Assembly: GCF_032062105.1 (NCBI RefSeq)
Contig: NW_026921914.1
Location: 1-64,000, forward strand
Length of the DNA stretch: 64,000 nt
DNA from: Saccostrea cucullata
Lineage: Eukaryota
Reading direction: 5' to 3'
The notes under the pieces were generated by a model. The model made no database searches, was not told where the DNA came from, and worked only from the letters and a program-made list of their open reading frames with translations. The translations under genes were made by a program, and so were the position numbers. Position 1 is the first letter of the stretch, and every line of letters begins with the position of its first letter. Positions 62,103 through 64,000 of the stretch are shown here, one piece after another.

Positions 62103-63176
62103 AGGTTAACTTAACAGTAGAAATAATGAAAAGTTCACCATACCTCGTGGGAGATTTTGGTCATCTGAGCTGTGTTTTTGATTACAAATTTTCCAACTTT
62201 TCATGGTCGAGTCCCTCATTTTCGTGGACTAAAGATGGACAGAACCTGACCCTGTCTGATTTTGTAATAAGTCAAGAATGTAATGGCCACAGATGTGAAT
62301 CTCTACTCAACATGACAACAGTGGACTTTCAACACGAAGGTAGGACTCTGATATTTGCTTGAAATAAAATATTGTAACAACATTGAATGGAATCCTAGGT
62401 GAAAGGATTTGTAAAGAGTGGAAGAACTTGGGGATCAATTTCACTTAAAATATGTAATTTCATCTATTAAGTTTAAATAAAAAAACATATACAGAAAACA
62501 CGTCATTAATGGTTAAAAAAAAACTAAGAGTTATTTGACAAGATAATTTTACCAACATTTCGATGTTTTAAAAAAAATCAGAACTTAATTAAGCAAGAAA
62601 AAAAATCTTGTCAGGTGAATATGCCTGTGAAGCAGTATTGGATGAGTTGGACTTCTACGGCACTGGTACAGCAAATGCTTCTGTTAAGGTCTGGGAAAAA
62701 CCTATCATTGTAATGGAACCTAATGTCACCACTGTCCAAAAGTATGAAAATATCTCAATCAGTTGTTTCATTATAAACGAAGACAAAGCCTATCTTCTTC
62801 AAAATGATTCCTTGAAGTGGTGTTTTGCTGATAGCAATGAAATAGCAGAAAGTAAGTCATTCTGTGAACAACAGTTATTTAGAATGACATTCTAAATTTG
62901 ATGAGATACATGTATTGGAAGAAAACACATAGAAGTGAAATAATAATTAAGAATATTGGAGAAAATCTATTTGACTTACTTAGATGCATGTATCAACTAC
63001 CAAAATAAACCTCGAGGAGCTACTTTTTCTTTTGCTATTTTTCCTTCCAGTAAATAACAGCACTAACTTGAGGCAGTCCTATTTCTTTGAAATGAGGAAA
63101 TCCGTGTCAATTAATTGTGGATTCAACCACTGCTTGACGGCAGGAAAAACAATCAATATTACAATGGTTCCGAAAG
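62103..63176 (+). CDS. Ig-domain cassette copy 4 (exons 62103-62339, 62615-62851, 63051-63176)
   Basis: Same protein as copy 3. Confidence 0.82.
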
Positions 63177-63512
63177 GTTAGTCTTATTATCTCATGTTCT
63201 GGAAATTTTACATCTTGCCATTCAATTATTGTAGTCATTGTGAAAGATTGAATAAAATCTGGCATTGTGAAAGTTTTGCAACAAACTTCACAACTGTTCC
63301 CTACCCTCTGCAGCTATGAGCTTATTTTTACAATTCATCTGATCAAGTCAAAAACATTTGAAGCATGCTGACAATAATTTTTCAATCTTTAACTCATATT
63401 TATTTAGAGAAGGACCACCAATGTTTGGGTACATGAGGCCAAATTTAAATCCTGCTCTAAGGATTTTAAAAGTCTTAATCAGGAGGAAATCCATGCTTTT
63501 GTTTTCTTTCAG

Positions 63513-63749
63513 AGGTTAACTTAACAGTAGAAATAATGAAAAGTTCACCATACCTCGTGGGAGATTTTGGTCATCTGAGCTGTGTTTTTGATTACAAATT
63601 TTCCAACTTTTCATGGTCGAGTCCCTCATTTTCGTGGACTAAAGATGGACAGAACCTGACCTTGTCTGATTTTGTAATAAGTCAAGAATGTAATGGTCAC
63701 AGATGTGAATCTCTACTCAACATGACAACAGTGGACTTTCAACACGAAG
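63513..63749 (+). CDS. Ig-domain cassette copy 5, exon A (rest beyond window)
   Basis: Same protein as other exon A copies, GT-AG intact. Confidence 0.8.
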
Positions 63750-64000
63750 GTAGGACTCTGATATTTGCTTGAAATAAAATATTGTAACAACATTGAATGG
63801 AATCCTAGGTGAAAGGATTTGTAAAGCGTACAAGAACTTGGGGATCAATTTCATTTAAACCATGTATTTTCATCTATTAAGTTTAAATAAAAAAGATATT
63901 CAGAAAACACGTCATTAATGGTTAAAAAAACTAAGAGTTATTTGACAAGATAATTTTACCAACATTTCGATGTTTTAAAAAAAATCAGAACTTAATTAAG

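Larger units (their letters stand above)
57859..64000 (+). repeat. Tandem segmental amplification, ~1408 bp unit, 4 full copies plus partial fifth, runs off window
   Basis: Exon A starts at 57879, 59285, 60695, 62103, 63513 (periods 1406/1410/1408/1410); introns also near-identical. Confidence 0.97.

Overview
AT-rich, repeat-dense eukaryotic (animal) genomic DNA, most likely a bivalve mollusc of the oyster type. That assignment is inferred from Helentron-associated elements carrying ~165-167 bp Cg170-like satellite arrays, a bivalve-type tRNA SINE and mollusc-type Penelope RT relics. Host genes, both on +: (1) the 3' half of a multi-exon adhesion GPCR (GAIN/GPS exons 8770-12061 with many lesions; intact 7TM and C-tail exons 12257-19936); (2) from 57617, a Thr/Ser-rich exon followed by a very recent in-frame tandem amplification (4 full copies plus a partial fifth) of a 1.41 kb three-exon, two-Ig-domain cassette. 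Mobile DNA: a young full-length Ty3/Gypsy element (37550-44930) inside a hAT MITE; a divergent, internally deleted Gypsy element on the - strand (34012-36093); two non-coding split-direct-repeat (A1...B1-A2-B2, Ngaro/PAT-like) elements; a nested 7.4 kb CACAG-TIR transposon; several HINEs, MITEs and SINEs. Most interesting signal: the full-length Gypsy element has a third ORF encoding a zinc-finger protein, preceded directly by a splice acceptor. Both Gypsy families, whose LTRs I could not otherwise align, share the same LTR layout: TATA, then a splice donor, then two long G-U-containing RNA hairpins each capped by CCUGAAUAAGG. This is a candidate Rev/RRE-, Tat/TAR- or Psi-like regulatory module in an invertebrate retrotransposon. 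All structures were read by eye and no database searches were possible.
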